Shown here: piece by piece, positions 30,038 through 41,199 of the stretch
Layout of the letters: the number at the start of each line of letters is the position of its first letter
How positions within the stretch are numbered: position 1 is the first letter of the stretch
Assembly: GCA_035527915.1 (NCBI GenBank)
Contig: DATKZP010000073.1
Location: 3,073-67,072 of the forward strand
DNA: 64,000 nucleotides
Direction: 5' to 3'
Source of the DNA: Methanoregula sp.
Lineage (GTDB): Archaea > Halobacteriota > Methanomicrobia > Methanomicrobiales > Methanospirillaceae
Program-made: the position numbers and the translations under genes
The notes under the pieces: generated by a model
The model's database searches: none
What the model was told of the DNA's origin: nothing
The model's input: the letters and a program-made list of their open reading frames with translations, nothing else

Positions 30038-33000
30038 CTACCGGATTTCGTGTACAATGGATTTCAGAACCCGGAATGCGATATTGACCCGTTTTGGGCG
30101 CTGGCTCAGGATATACCCCATTTTAGACACAGCCCTCTCAAGGAGATACGTGTTGATGAGGATTTCATAATCCTCCTGATTCTGGGGGACAAACTCTGCC
30201 GTGCCGGCAACTTCCAGATATCCTGCGAGAAATGTTTTTGACACGTACCGGCACCAGAACTGCACCCAGGGTTCAAGGAGCTCAATCTCGTCCGGCCCGA
30301 GCGTTGCGTTCTTGAGCAGAATTGACCAGGCTGCATAATGCAGGGACCATATCATACCAGCCACATCCCTGAACGGGCAGTATTTCAGTCTCCGCTCGTT
30401 TGACATCCGGGTTGAGTCTCCTTCGAAATTGGCGATGATGAAATCTTTCCCGGTATACAGTACCTGCCCGAGATGGTAATCGCCATGAATTCGCATCTTG
30501 AGGGTAAGTATTTTTCTCTGGGTCAGTCGCTGCAGGCAGGTGATTATTTCCGGTTCTATGGCTAATACTTCCTTCATCTCATCCAGGTATTCCGGATTGA
30601 TTACTGCCGAATTCATTTCGAGGAGCCACATTGTCTGCCGTGTAAGGCTCTGGAATGACTGGAATACTGATCGCTGGTACAGCCGTGAGAACTGTTCGGG
30701 GGCAAAATCGGGATTTTCCCAAGAGGAGGACAGGGCGATGTGGAGTTCTGCAGTCCGCTTTCCAAGGAGGCGAATCATATCGATGAAGAAGAGGTCAATC
30801 AGTTCAAGGATTTCCCGGGGAATCGCCGGTGATCCACCGGATACTGACCCTGAATAAGAGGCAATCTTTGCCGGGCTGCCTTTTTTCGATAATACGCGCT
30901 CGAAAAATTTTTCAAGGGCGTCTTCTGCAAACATCCGGGCGGTCGTCTGACAAAATGCATTCTCCTCAAGCAGCCCAAGAGTGACCGGTGCAGTGCCCGG
31001 CCGCTGGTATTCCAGGGATCCGATAATTGCGGGGCAATGCGAAAACGACGTGTTCTGATTCAGGAACTGCAGGATCTCCTTCTCCGGGTTGATGACCTCA
31101 TCGATGCGGTTATAGATTTTCAGGACCTGGCTGTCCATATAAGCGATGAGCGTGAACTGCTGGGTGGCGGTGAACAGTTGCGAGGGTTTTTTTCCGTCAT
31201 TGCCGATGACCCTGCCAGCTGACTTTTTTTCCATATGTGAAACAAGAGTGCCGGTTTTTCCCCGTAAACGGGTTCTGCCGGATACAAGCTGGAGCAGCAT
31301 GTCCCGGAATGCAGTATCATACATGCTCTCATGGAGAATCCCTTTCTCCTCCCCGAGAGTCAGGTGCATGATGACAACCTGCGGAACTTCGGTGAGGAAC
31401 AGATTAGCATTTTTACCGGTACTGAACATAACCGGGAGGAAGAATACCTCGGATAACCCGTCCGTATAGGTAATCTCCACGAGGATCAGGTGCATGTTTC
31501 CGGCAGGATCCTTTGTCATGGGGATCTGTTCAAGAATCACTGCTCTCCGTATGGACGGGGAGATTAACCCGAACCCGGGCCATTTGTTCAGGTAATCAAC
31601 AAAGATCTCTTCAATCTGTCCCCGCTTTTTGCACTCGATAAAATCCCGGCAGGACACTGGCAGGACCAGCCCGGGGATGTCCCTGAACAAGCCCGCATCA
31701 GTGCCGGTTTCGCTTTGGGACAACAGGAACCAGAAATAATCGTGAGGTCCGAGCGTAAGGATATACGGACTTTCAGTAATTTTCGGGAATTTGTTATGGC
31801 TGAACACTTCCCGTGGCACGCATCCCAGGTATGGCGAGAGATCAAGACTGACATACTGGGATGTCTTGGACAGGTTGAACACCGCAAGGATATTCTCGTC
31901 CTGGTAGTGCCGGATACATGCAAGGACTTTGAAATTATTCGTATTAAGAAAGCGGATATCCCCGCGACTGAATGACCGGTATTTGCGGGCCACCCGTATC
32001 AGGCGCTTGATCCACCAGAGGAACGAGGAGGGGTTGATCTGCTGGACTTCAACGTTCACGGCTTCATAGTGATATTCCGGATCGATGATGATCGGCAGGT
32101 AGAGCTGCTGGGGGTTGGCCCTGGAAAAACCGGCGTTTTTGTCAGCACTCCACTGCATCGGGGTCCTCACGCTGTTCCTGTCACCGAGATAAAAGTTATC
32201 CCCCATCCCTATCTCATCCCCGTAATACAGTATTACCGTTCCGGGAAGCGAGAACAGGATCACGTTCATGAGTTCCATCTCGCGCCGGTCATCCCGCATA
32301 AGGGGTGCAAGCCGCCTCCGGATACCAAGGTTGATCCGCTGTTGGGGATCTTTGGCATAGACCCGGTACATATAGTCACGTTCCTCATCGGTGACCATCT
32401 CAAGGGTGAGCTCATCGTGGTTCCGGAGAAACAATCCCCACTGGCAGGATTCCGGGATCTGCGGGGTTGAATTGAGGATATCGATAATGGGATAGCTGTT
32501 CTCCATCCGCAACGCCATAAATAACCGGGGCATGAGTGGGAAGTGATATGCCATGTGCGCCTCGTCACCGTCCCCGAAATAGGCAGCCGCATCTTCCGGC
32601 CACTGGTTTGCCTCAGCGATAAGTAGCCGGTTCTTAAACCGGCTGTCTACGTGTGCCCGGAGTTCCTTTAAAAATGCATGGGTTTCAGAAAGGTTTTCAC
32701 AGCTCGTACCTTCCCGCTCGTAAAGATACGGGACTGCATCCAGCCGCAACCCGTCAACTCCCAAACCGAACCAGAAATCGACCGCGTCAAGGATGGATTT
32801 CCGGACAAACGGGCTGTAATAGTTCAAATCCGGCTGGTGCGAGTAGAACCTGTGCCAGTAATACGCTTTTGCCACCGGGTCCCACGCCCAGTTGGAGGAT
32901 TCGAAATCCTTGAAGATGATTCTCGCATCCTGGTACCGTTCCGGCGTATCGCTCCAGACATAAAAATCACGCCACCTGCTGCCAGGTTTTGCCCGCCGTG

Positions 33001-33385
33001 ACTTCTGGAACCATGGGTGCTGGTCGGAAGTATGGTTGAGCGCCAGCTCGATGATCACCCGTATGCCACGCTGGTGTGCTGCGGCAAGGAAGTCCTTAAA
33101 ATCCTTAAGCGTCCCGTATATTGGATGAATACCGTAATAATTTGTAATATCGTACCCGTCATCCTTGAGCGGGGACGGGTAGAACGGAAGGAGCCATATG
33201 GCCGTGGCACCGAGATCCTTGATATAATCCAGTTTCTGGGTTAAGCCTTTAAAATCACCAATACCATTCCCATCACTGTCGTAGAACGCCCGGACATGTA
33301 CTTCATAAATGATGGCATCTTTGTACCACAGCGGATCATCTTCGAGATCCGGTTCGGTTTTTTTTCCCATTGCCATGATTACCAA
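30038..33385 (-). CDS. treS: Trehalose synthase (maltose alpha-D-glucosyltransferase) fused to a maltokinase-like domain
   Basis: WYKDAIIYE, NHTSDQHPWF, RLDAVPY, AEANQ and RNHDELTLE (GH13 TreS). C-terminal RIHGDYHLGQVL and RDVAGM (Mak/Pep2). Confidence 0.93.
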   Translation of the reverse strand: MVIMAMGKKTEPDLEDDPLWYKDAIIYEVHVRAFYDSDGNGIGDFKGLTQKLDYIKDLGATAIWLLPFYPSPLKDDGYDITNYYGIHPIYGTLKDFKDFLAAAHQRGIRVIIELALNHTSDQHPWFQKSRRAKPGSRWRDFYVWSDTPERYQDARIIFKDFESSNWAWDPVAKAYYWHRFYSHQPDLNYYSPFVRKSILDAVDFWFGLGVDGLRLDAVPYLYEREGTSCENLSETHAFLKELRAHVDSRFKNRLLIAEANQWPEDAAAYFGDGDEAHMAYHFPLMPRLFMALRMENSYPIIDILNSTPQIPESCQWGLFLRNHDELTLEMVTDEERDYMYRVYAKDPQQRINLGIRRRLAPLMRDDRREMELMNVILFSLPGTVILYYGDEIGMGDNFYLGDRNSVRTPMQWSADKNAGFSRANPQQLYLPIIIDPEYHYEAVNVEVQQINPSSFLWWIKRLIRVARKYRSFSRGDIRFLNTNNFKVLACIRHYQDENILAVFNLSKTSQYVSLDLSPYLGCVPREVFSHNKFPKITESPYILTLGPHDYFWFLLSQSETGTDAGLFRDIPGLVLPVSCRDFIECKKRGQIEEIFVDYLNKWPGFGLISPSIRRAVILEQIPMTKDPAGNMHLILVEITYTDGLSEVFFLPVMFSTGKNANLFLTEVPQVVIMHLTLGEEKGILHESMYDTAFRDMLLQLVSGRTRLRGKTGTLVSHMEKKSAGRVIGNDGKKPSQLFTATQQFTLIAYMDSQVLKIYNRIDEVINPEKEILQFLNQNTSFSHCPAIIGSLEYQRPGTAPVTLGLLEENAFCQTTARMFAEDALEKFFERVLSKKGSPAKIASYSGSVSGGSPAIPREILELIDLFFIDMIRLLGKRTAELHIALSSSWENPDFAPEQFSRLYQRSVFQSFQSLTRQTMWLLEMNSAVINPEYLDEMKEVLAIEPEIITCLQRLTQRKILTLKMRIHGDYHLGQVLYTGKDFIIANFEGDSTRMSNERRLKYCPFRDVAGMIWSLHYAAWSILLKNATLGPDEIELLEPWVQFWCRYVSKTFLAGYLEVAGTAEFVPQNQEDYEILINTYLLERAVSKMGYILSQRPKRVNIAFRVLKSIVHEIR

Positions 33386-33497
33386 TCCCCCGGCAGAAGA
33401 CCAGTCACCAGATAAACCGGGAATTGCCGGTATTTGTCATCCCGATAAGTACGCGTGAGCCACAGGAGTGCCCCGATATACCATGCGGTTTGTGATA

Positions 33498-33507
33498 TTA
33501 TATAAAA
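33498..33507 (-). promoter_or_regulatory. Probable TATA box for treS
   Basis: TTTTATATAA on the minus strand, about 110 nt upstream of the treS ATG. Confidence 0.45.
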
Positions 33508-33631
33508 TCGCGTTTTTTCGGATTCCACGGAAGAGCCAGGTACCAGTCCGGCGGCGTTCCTTCCCGCACCTCAGGAATTGAACGGGTAATCCATTGCAAC
33601 AGTCAGACAGTACGCATCAGCAAAAAACAGA

Positions 33632-36052
33632 TCATGAATAGGGGCGGATCTTCCTGAATAACCATACCTTGATCTGGTCATTAATCAGGAATGACACGAG
33701 TGCGTAGCCCCAGACAATAAGCGCAAGTGACCAGCCGATTGGCGTCATGAAGACACCATAGATTACGATGAGGGTTGCGGCTACCTGCGTAATTTCTGCT
33801 GTGCCAAAAAGAGCAAACGAGGGAAACGGGCGCTCCCAGAAATGTTGCTGGCCGGTACGGGCAAGGTAAATCGTCATGTGACCGGCGACAGCAAGCTTGA
33901 GGAAGATGAGCGTCTGTATAACGCCGGCTTCAAGGTGGAAATATTCCTTTACCAGCCAGAGGAGGATAAAGCTTGAGACAACCCCCAAAATCCCGAGGAT
34001 ACTTGCGATGATCATGATGCGGTTCATCTGCCAGCGTACGGGCTTTTGTGCGACCGGTGCGTTATCAAATGCGATCATCATGATGGGGAGGTCGTTCAGG
34101 ATCGCCAGCACAACGATCATAAGTGCAGTAACCGGGTAAAAATTCAATAATACGATACAGAGAGTCAGGAAGATCAGGACCCTGACGGTCTCGGCAATCC
34201 GGTAAACTGCATAATTTTCCATTCGCCGGAATATTTCCCGGCTCCTCTCAATCGCATCAATTATGACCGAGAGCCCGGGTTTTGTTAAGACAATATCCGC
34301 AGCAGACTTTGCTGCATCTGTCGCACCGGCGACAGCAATGCCGGCATCTGCCTCACGGAGTGCCGGCGCATCATTCACGCCATCCCCGGTCATGCCGATG
34401 ATATGGTCGCCTCCCTGCAGGGTTTTCACGATTCGGAACTTGTCTTCAGGAAGAACCTGGGCAAACCCATCGGCAGACTCAAGCTGTTTCCGTACCACCT
34501 CTCCATCACCGGCAATCAATACAGTCCGGGAAAGGATGTTCTGGCCAAGACCCACCTGCGCGGAGATCTCTTGTGCAATAGCAATGTGATCCCCCGTTAC
34601 CATTTTCACATTCACGCCAAGTTTTTTTGCATTAGTTATCGTGGCAGCAGAATCCCCGCGGGGCGGATCGAAAAGCCCTATCAGGCCAAGGTACTGCCAT
34701 GTTCCGGAACGGTCGGCCCGCGCTACCCCGAGAGCACGGAATCCTTTCTTCGCAAACCCTGTTATCCACCCGTTCAGCGTTGAAGCGAGAGCCCCGTCAG
34801 TCCCGGCAAGAGAGGCGATTGCCTGGGGCGCCCCCTTGGCAACTTCAAACGATCTACCCGATCGTTCCTGAACCGAAGCCTTTGAGAACTTGGTGACCGG
34901 ATCGAAAGGAACAAAATCCAGGGTTTCAAATGCGGAGGTATCGGGGTGGGGTGTGAGACTATCATACCGTGAAAAAACCGCCATGTCGATGGGATCATTG
35001 TTCTCTTTACTGGATGCCAGTGCCGCCGCGATTATAACGTCCTGTTCGGAAATCCCCGGAAAGGTCCTGATCTCACCGATACTGATGGAATTCTGCGTAA
35101 TGGTCCCGGTCTTATCGGAACAGAGGATATCCATCCCGGCCATCTCTTCTATGGCAGTGAGCCGGCTGACAATCACCTCCTTTTTTGCAAGGGCTGTGGC
35201 ACCGACAGCAAGTGTCACCGTCATAACCGCGGGAAGCGCTGCGGGAATCGCCGCTACGACAAGGATAACGGCAAACTGAAGTGTTACCAGAAAGGATTCA
35301 GACCTCAGCATTGCAACGATAAAAACGATGCTGACCAGCACGATAGCAAGGATGATGAGATAGTTGCCTATCCGCTCGACAGCAGCCTGAAAATGACTTC
35401 GCGGAGATTTTACCTGAACCAGCCGGGCTGTCTTGCCAAAAAATGTGTTTATCCCGATTGTTGTGACCTTCGCGTCCATCTCGCCCTGGCGGACGATGGA
35501 TCCGGAGTATACCGTATCGCCCGGCTTCTTCTCGACCGGGAGGGATTCGCCGGTCAGTGCCGATTCATCGAGAAGGAGGTATTTCCCATTGCCCAGTAAG
35601 GCATCTGCCGGCACAATATCCCCAAGCCGGATATGGACGATATCCCCGGGCACGAGTTCGTGGGCCGGGATCTCCTGCCATGTGCTGTCCCGGAGCACAC
35701 GGGCATCAGGTGCGAGTTGCTTTCTTAAGAGTTCAATGGCGTTCTCAGCCTTTCGTTCCTGGAAAAACCCGACAACCGCGTTGATCAAGAGCAGGAAGAG
35801 GATAATGGCAAAGTCGTCCCAGTGCGTAATAACTGCCGAGAGAATTGCAGCTATCTCGATCATCCACGGGATCGGGCCCCAGAAGTAGGAAAGGAATTTG
35901 AGCAGCGGGTGTTTCTTTTCTTCAGGGATATCATTGAAGCCGTACCGTTGCCGGAGGTCCATGACCTCTACCCTCGTCAGCCCTGTCATGGATCCCTGAG
36001 CGTGTACGGGCGATTCTGCTGCCATATCCGAGGGTCTCGTATTGCCTGTCAT
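33632..36052 (-). CDS. P3A-type plasma-membrane H+-efflux ATPase
   Basis: LSYFWGPIPWMIE, DESALTGES, IPAALPAV, DILCSDKTGT, FDPPR, ILNDLP (M6 Asp). Start placed at ATG 36052, which has a GGAG upstream. Confidence 0.92.
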   Translation of the reverse strand: MTGNTRPSDMAAESPVHAQGSMTGLTRVEVMDLRQRYGFNDIPEEKKHPLLKFLSYFWGPIPWMIEIAAILSAVITHWDDFAIILFLLLINAVVGFFQERKAENAIELLRKQLAPDARVLRDSTWQEIPAHELVPGDIVHIRLGDIVPADALLGNGKYLLLDESALTGESLPVEKKPGDTVYSGSIVRQGEMDAKVTTIGINTFFGKTARLVQVKSPRSHFQAAVERIGNYLIILAIVLVSIVFIVAMLRSESFLVTLQFAVILVVAAIPAALPAVMTVTLAVGATALAKKEVIVSRLTAIEEMAGMDILCSDKTGTITQNSISIGEIRTFPGISEQDVIIAAALASSKENNDPIDMAVFSRYDSLTPHPDTSAFETLDFVPFDPVTKFSKASVQERSGRSFEVAKGAPQAIASLAGTDGALASTLNGWITGFAKKGFRALGVARADRSGTWQYLGLIGLFDPPRGDSAATITNAKKLGVNVKMVTGDHIAIAQEISAQVGLGQNILSRTVLIAGDGEVVRKQLESADGFAQVLPEDKFRIVKTLQGGDHIIGMTGDGVNDAPALREADAGIAVAGATDAAKSAADIVLTKPGLSVIIDAIERSREIFRRMENYAVYRIAETVRVLIFLTLCIVLLNFYPVTALMIVVLAILNDLPIMMIAFDNAPVAQKPVRWQMNRIMIIASILGILGVVSSFILLWLVKEYFHLEAGVIQTLIFLKLAVAGHMTIYLARTGQQHFWERPFPSFALFGTAEITQVAATLIVIYGVFMTPIGWSLALIVWGYALVSFLINDQIKVWLFRKIRPYS

Positions 36053-36363
36053 AGACAATGATCTCCGGTTATACCTGCCATACCTATCCCATGATTCCGT
36101 ATGACGTTTGATCGGCAAAGTATTCAGATTCAACCATGTTATGCCTTTTCAGGTAACAGCTTACAGGCCTGTCGGAGATATAACCGGAACGAAAAAACCC
36201 TGTCCTGGCATTATGGGGGGACATGCCGTTTTTTAAGATATAACACGTATTCCGGGAAGTATTGAGAATCTTTGTGTTCTTCTTTTTGGCATCTGCAGTA
36301 CGGTTGTGAAGATGCAACCCTGTACAGGATATCAGTTTCAGTATTATACTGGATAATGGGAAA

Positions 36364-36480
36364 GGGTTTAAATTTTAAGCCCTAATGAAAGGTAACTGGG
36401 TGCTGCGACCACAGCATACTAGCCCCTTGTATTATTCATATACCTTGAGCAGCACCCACCTGTCCTATGTAACGGGCAGG
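36364..36480. promoter_or_regulatory. Palindromic AT-rich promoter core plus two downstream hairpins in the divergent H+-ATPase / kamA-ablAB intergenic region
   Basis: GGGTTTAAATTTTAAGCCC (36364-36382, one mismatch); TGGGTGCTGC/GCAGCACCCA (36397-36406 / 36449-36458); CCTGTCC/GGGCAGG (about 36459-36480, one G-U pair). Confidence 0.5.
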
Positions 36481-36503
36481 ATAAACCCGAATGAGGTGCA
36501 CAA

Positions 36504-36929
36504 ATGAACGTGAAGTATCTAAATTCAGTTGACATGCTCGACAACTTAGTCGGCCTTACCCCAAAAGAACGAGAGGAGATGGAGATTGTCACGCAGACAT
36601 TTCCGTTCCGCGCAAATGAGTATTTCCTGTCCCTGATCGACTGGAAAGACCGGCACGATCCGTTTCGCCGGATCGTGATCCCAGATCCTCACGAACTGAA
36701 AGGCGGGGGATGCATGGATCCCTCCTGCGGGAAAGATTATACAAAACTTCACGGCCTCCAGCATAAATATGCCCGGACCGGCCTGCTTTTCTTTTCGGAT
36801 CTCTGCGGCGGCATCTGCCGGTTCTGTTTCCGGAAACCGGCGCGCTGGTATGATGATTATCGGCACCATGTTGCACACATCGGCGATCTCCTGCCCGTGA
36901 AGAAGCCGAAGATGCACTGGCTGTTATAA
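36504..36929 (+). pseudogene. Truncated KamA-family radical SAM paralog
   Basis: FPFRANEYFLSLIDW...GLQHKY...CGGICRFCFRK, followed by an unrelated 30-aa tail. The catalytic TIM barrel and PLP domain are missing. Confidence 0.8.
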
Positions 36930-36945
36930 GGTGCGGTGGAGTATC

Positions 36946-38406
36946 ATGACCGGAATATCCAGTGGCCTGAAAAAGCCAAAAGAAAACGAAGGAACTGTCG
37001 GTTCCCTGCTCTCCATGAAGGACCTCGGGGGACAGGTAAAAAATACGGTAAAGGAAATTGTATCTGTCCTGAGAGGACACCATGAGGGTGGGGAAAAACA
37101 GGATAACCTGTCGATCATCAGGAATACCATTGATGCTGAGAAGACTCCCGAGTTCTGGAAGGACTGGCGGTGGCAGCTCCGGCATGCAATCCGGGATCTT
37201 GCCACAGTTGAACAGGTCCTCGGCATCCGTTTCAATAGGGAGGAGCGGGAAGAGCTCCAGAAAACGATCGAAAAATTTCCTCTCAACATCACCCCCTATT
37301 ACATCTCGCTTATTGATGTGAATGATTACCAGAATGATCCGATTTTCAAGCAGGCATTCCCGTCACCCAAGGAGCTGATCGTTGAACATTACGAGCTCTC
37401 CGATCCGCTCGCAGAGGATAAAGACAGCCCGTGTTCCTGCATCACGCACCGGTATCCTGACCGGGTGCTGTTCCTTGTCAGTAACACCTGTGCGATGTAC
37501 TGCCGGCACTGCACCCGGAAACGCAAAGTCGGCGATGTTGATTCGATCCCTGACCGGGAAGAGATCCTCGCGGGCATTGAATATATCCGAAACACGCCGC
37601 AGATCCGCGACGTGCTCCTCTCAGGCGGCGACCCGTTCATGCTCAGCGATGAGTATCTTGACTGGATCCTCACTGAGCTCCGTGCCATCCCGCACGTGGA
37701 AGTAATACGGATCGGGACCCGTGTGCCGGTCACGCTCCCGTTCAGGATCACTGATGAACTTGTCGCCATGCTGAAAAAGCACCACCCGCTCTGGGTGAAC
37801 ATGCAGTTCAACCACCCCAAGGAGATGACCGAGTCCGCACAGACAGCAGTCGCAAAGCTTGCCGATGCCGGCATCCCGCTTGGTAACCAGTCCGTCCTCC
37901 TTGCCGGTATCAATGACTGCCCCCGGATCATGAAAGAGCTCGTCCAGCAGCTCGTGAAAAACCGTATCCGCCCGTATTACCTGTACCAGTGCGACCTGTC
38001 AGAAGGCATCAGCCATTTCCGTACCCCGGTCTCCAAAGGAATCGAGATTATGGAGAACCTTGTAGGCCATACCAGCGGTTTTGCCGTGCCCCGCTATGTT
38101 ATCGATGCACCCGGCGGCGGAGGAAAGATCCCCGTATTCCCCAACTACCTGCTGACATGGTCGGTACACAAGGTCGTTCTGCGCAATTACGAAGGGATGA
38201 TCTGTACCTATCAGGAACCGGCTCACTATGACCGAATATTCTGCGATGGTGATTGTGACGGTTGCAAGCTCCAGCTGAACATTGATCGGGCTGATGAATC
38301 AAAAGTCGTCGGTGTGGCAAAACTGCTCGCCGACTATGATACAACAACCACACTCATCCCGGAAAATACCGACCGGATTGAAAGGAGAGATGAAGAGGGT
38401 GTCTGA
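36946..38406 (+). CDS. ablA: Lysine 2,3-aminomutase
   Basis: [51 protein letters not shown]. Lies directly upstream of the beta-lysine acetyltransferase. Confidence 0.95.
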   Translation: MTGISSGLKKPKENEGTVGSLLSMKDLGGQVKNTVKEIVSVLRGHHEGGEKQDNLSIIRNTIDAEKTPEFWKDWRWQLRHAIRDLATVEQVLGIRFNREEREELQKTIEKFPLNITPYYISLIDVNDYQNDPIFKQAFPSPKELIVEHYELSDPLAEDKDSPCSCITHRYPDRVLFLVSNTCAMYCRHCTRKRKVGDVDSIPDREEILAGIEYIRNTPQIRDVLLSGGDPFMLSDEYLDWILTELRAIPHVEVIRIGTRVPVTLPFRITDELVAMLKKHHPLWVNMQFNHPKEMTESAQTAVAKLADAGIPLGNQSVLLAGINDCPRIMKELVQQLVKNRIRPYYLYQCDLSEGISHFRTPVSKGIEIMENLVGHTSGFAVPRYVIDAPGGGGKIPVFPNYLLTWSVHKVVLRNYEGMICTYQEPAHYDRIFCDGDCDGCKLQLNIDRADESKVVGVAKLLADYDTTTTLIPENTDRIERRDEEGV

Positions 38407-39232
38407 TACAATCCTGACAATAGGTAATAGTGTCGTCCAGCATGGCCATTTCAACAAACGGATCTATGTCATGAGGGTATCCCGTGAAGACATACCGGAT
38501 ATTATCCGGCCACTCGATGACCTTGCAAGGAAAGAAAAATATTCCAAAATCTTTGTAAAAGTGCCCGAATCATCGGAAGCGGTCTTTGCTGATGCCGGTT
38601 ATGTAACTGAAGCGACGGTTCCGTTTTTTTACCGTGGAACCGATACTGCCGTTTTCATGGCGAAATACTTTGACCCGGAACGAGACAAGGTAGCCGATTC
38701 CCTGGCAATTGCAGATGTGTTGTCCGCGGCGTTCGGGTACGCACAGAAGGGGTACATTCCCCAGCTGCCCGCGGGATTTTCAATCGTGCACGCCCATACC
38801 GGCGATGCAAAAGAGATCGCAGAGCTCTTCCGTTCTGTATTCAAGACGTACCCGTTCCCCATATTTGATCCGGATTTTATCATCACAACCATGAAAGAGG
38901 GTATACGGTATTTCTGCATCCACCAGTCCAAAAAGATAGCCGCAGTTGCATCCTGCGAGATCAATGCTGATGCACGGAACGCGGAGATGACGGACTTTGC
39001 AACCGATCCCCGGTTTCAGGGAAAGGGACTTGCCGGTAACCTCCTCCATGCCATGGAAGCGGAAATGAAAAAAGAAGAGATCCAGCTCGCGTATACGATC
39101 GCCCGTGCAAATTCTTACCCGATCAACATGACCTTTGCCCGTGCCGGTTACCAGTACGGGGGGATGCTTCCCAACAACACCAACATCTGCGGATCACTGG
39201 AGAGCATGAATGTCTGGTATAAGAAATTGTAG
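38390..39232 (+). CDS. ablB: Beta-lysine N6-acetyltransferase
   Basis: [51 protein letters not shown]. Overlaps the ablA stop. Confidence 0.93.
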   Translation: MKRVSDTILTIGNSVVQHGHFNKRIYVMRVSREDIPDIIRPLDDLARKEKYSKIFVKVPESSEAVFADAGYVTEATVPFFYRGTDTAVFMAKYFDPERDKVADSLAIADVLSAAFGYAQKGYIPQLPAGFSIVHAHTGDAKEIAELFRSVFKTYPFPIFDPDFIITTMKEGIRYFCIHQSKKIAAVASCEINADARNAEMTDFATDPRFQGKGLAGNLLHAMEAEMKKEEIQLAYTIARANSYPINMTFARAGYQYGGMLPNNTNICGSLESMNVWYKKL

Positions 39233-39292
39233 ACAGGTGAGCGATGTGAATTGGCTTAGTTTCACTGAGATCGGGACAAAGAGGGGGATATA

Positions 39293-40336
39293 ATGGATCC
39301 TGGAATAGTGTATGCGACCATCACCATTATCTTCGGCCTTATTGCTGCGGGAATTGCCCATATCATTGTCCATTGGCTGAAGAAAAAGGTATCCGGAACC
39401 GAATCACAACTTGATGACATCCTGCTGGCGGCACTTGGAAAACCGCTGGTAATCATGATCCTTGCCGGCTCAATATACATCGCATTGACCTTTTTTGGGG
39501 TCCTTCCTGAAACTGTCGCCGGATTTGCCGTTGATCAGTACGTGAATGCATTTTTTATCCTGATCGGAGCATGGATCGTCTCATCATTCTCATACAACCT
39601 GTTACGGACCTATGGTTCGGTTGTAGCAGCGAAAACGGAATCAGATTTCGATGACCGTATGCTACCGCTGCTCGAGATTATCGCCAAGTACCTGATATGG
39701 TTTGTCGCTTTTCTCCTAATTCTGTCAAATTTCGATATTGATATTACCCCGCTCCTTGCAGGAGCTGGAATTGCAGGAATTGCTCTTGCCCTTGCCGCCC
39801 AGGATATCCTCTCGAATTTTTTCGGTGGTGCAATTATTACCTTGGACAAGCCGTTCAAGATCGGCGATCGTGTCAAGTTTGAGGATTTTTTTGGCGACAT
39901 TGTCAGCATCGGGCCGAGAAGTACAAGGTTAAAAACACTCGATAACCAGATCGTGACAATCCCGAACTCCAAAATCACATCAAACATTGTCATCAATTTT
40001 GCGCAACCGGATATCAAAATGAAGGTGAGGATTCCGTTCGCCGTAGCCTACGGAACCGATATACCCCAGGTAAAAAAAACGCTCCTTGAAATTGCCCATG
40101 AAGCAATTGAGAAGACTTCGTGGGTATTATCGGATCCGGCCCCGTCAGTGTATTTTCTTGAGTTCGGGGAATCGAGCCTGAACGGGCAGCTCATTCTCTG
40201 GACAAACAACTATGACAACCTATGGGATGTCCAGGATTACGTCAATTCCCGTATCAATGAACGGTTCCGCAAGGAGGGCGTTGAAATCCCGTTTCGTCAG
40301 GTTGATATCTGGATGCGGAATACTGGCGGCAGCTGA
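39293..40336 (+). CDS. mscS: Small-conductance mechanosensitive channel
   Basis: LLAGAGIAGIALALAAQDILSNFFGG, PFKIGD, IPNSKI, GVEIPF. Confidence 0.92.
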   Translation: MDPGIVYATITIIFGLIAAGIAHIIVHWLKKKVSGTESQLDDILLAALGKPLVIMILAGSIYIALTFFGVLPETVAGFAVDQYVNAFFILIGAWIVSSFSYNLLRTYGSVVAAKTESDFDDRMLPLLEIIAKYLIWFVAFLLILSNFDIDITPLLAGAGIAGIALALAAQDILSNFFGGAIITLDKPFKIGDRVKFEDFFGDIVSIGPRSTRLKTLDNQIVTIPNSKITSNIVINFAQPDIKMKVRIPFAVAYGTDIPQVKKTLLEIAHEAIEKTSWVLSDPAPSVYFLEFGESSLNGQLILWTNNYDNLWDVQDYVNSRINERFRKEGVEIPFRQVDIWMRNTGGS

Positions 40337-41199
40337 TGCTGGTAGAAGTGCTTGCCGGAATACTTATTTTTATCGCAGTTTTTCTCCTTATCGTCATAAT
40401 CGGGAGCAATCTCTTCGCCATCATGATCGAGGAAAAAGCCCGTTACCTTCTCTTAACAATTTTTAATGCATCGTTACCTGCGACTAAGAGTATTCCATCC
40501 AATCCCAAACCAGTATCACGCTATTTGTCATGGGCGCTCGGTAAGAATACCGATCCGGTTGGGTCCGTCCATATCCGGCATACGGGAAGGTTCAGATACG
40601 GGAATTCAGAACGATGGCTGAATCTCAAGGGAGAGGCTTTTTTCTCTCTTGCAACACCGGGTTTTGTGTGGCATGCAAAAATCGCGTACACCCCCGGTAT
40701 CTGGATCGAAGCGTTCGACTATTATGTACATCGCGAAGCGGGAATGAATCTCAACCTTCTCTCGGTCTTCCCGCTTGACAATTCGCACGGTGATAAGATC
40801 AAACTCCCCTCGCTCTTCCGGTATCTGGCCAGTGCACCCCTCTTCCCGACTGCCCTCTTACCTGGCGTGTCGCTGGAATGGAAGACCGTGAATGATTCAA
40901 CTGCACGGGCATTCATCAAAGACAACAATCTCTGCGCTGAAGCCCTTGTCCATTTTGACGGTACTGGACAGATCCAGAGCATCGAGGCGTGCCACAGGAA
41001 TCACCCGGAGACAGGCAGGCCGGTCCCAGGCCATTTTATTAAAAAGTTCTTTGATTATACTGATGTGCAGGGATATAAAATACCCCTGCAGATCTCATCG
41101 GAACTGATCCTTCGGGACGGGGAATATGCCTGTACAGATTTTACCATTACCAGTATCGAGTTCGAAATCCCGGGGAAGATATCCCGGAGCGAATCCTGA
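40336..41199 (+). CDS. Membrane-anchored DUF6544-like protein
   Basis: N-terminal TM, HTGRFR, PGFVW, RYLASAPLFPTALLP. Overlaps the mscS stop (TGATG). Confidence 0.65.
   Translation: MLVEVLAGILIFIAVFLLIVIIGSNLFAIMIEEKARYLLLTIFNASLPATKSIPSNPKPVSRYLSWALGKNTDPVGSVHIRHTGRFRYGNSERWLNLKGEAFFSLATPGFVWHAKIAYTPGIWIEAFDYYVHREAGMNLNLLSVFPLDNSHGDKIKLPSLFRYLASAPLFPTALLPGVSLEWKTVNDSTARAFIKDNNLCAEALVHFDGTGQIQSIEACHRNHPETGRPVPGHFIKKFFDYTDVQGYKIPLQISSELILRDGEYACTDFTITSIEFEIPGKISRSES

Noticed and set aside
10019-38406. Class II LysRS plus KamA as an EpmA/EpmB-like beta-lysylation system
   Set aside because: lysS is full length with its anticodon-binding OB-fold, lies 25 kb away, and the KamA gene is coupled to ablB, which explains it.
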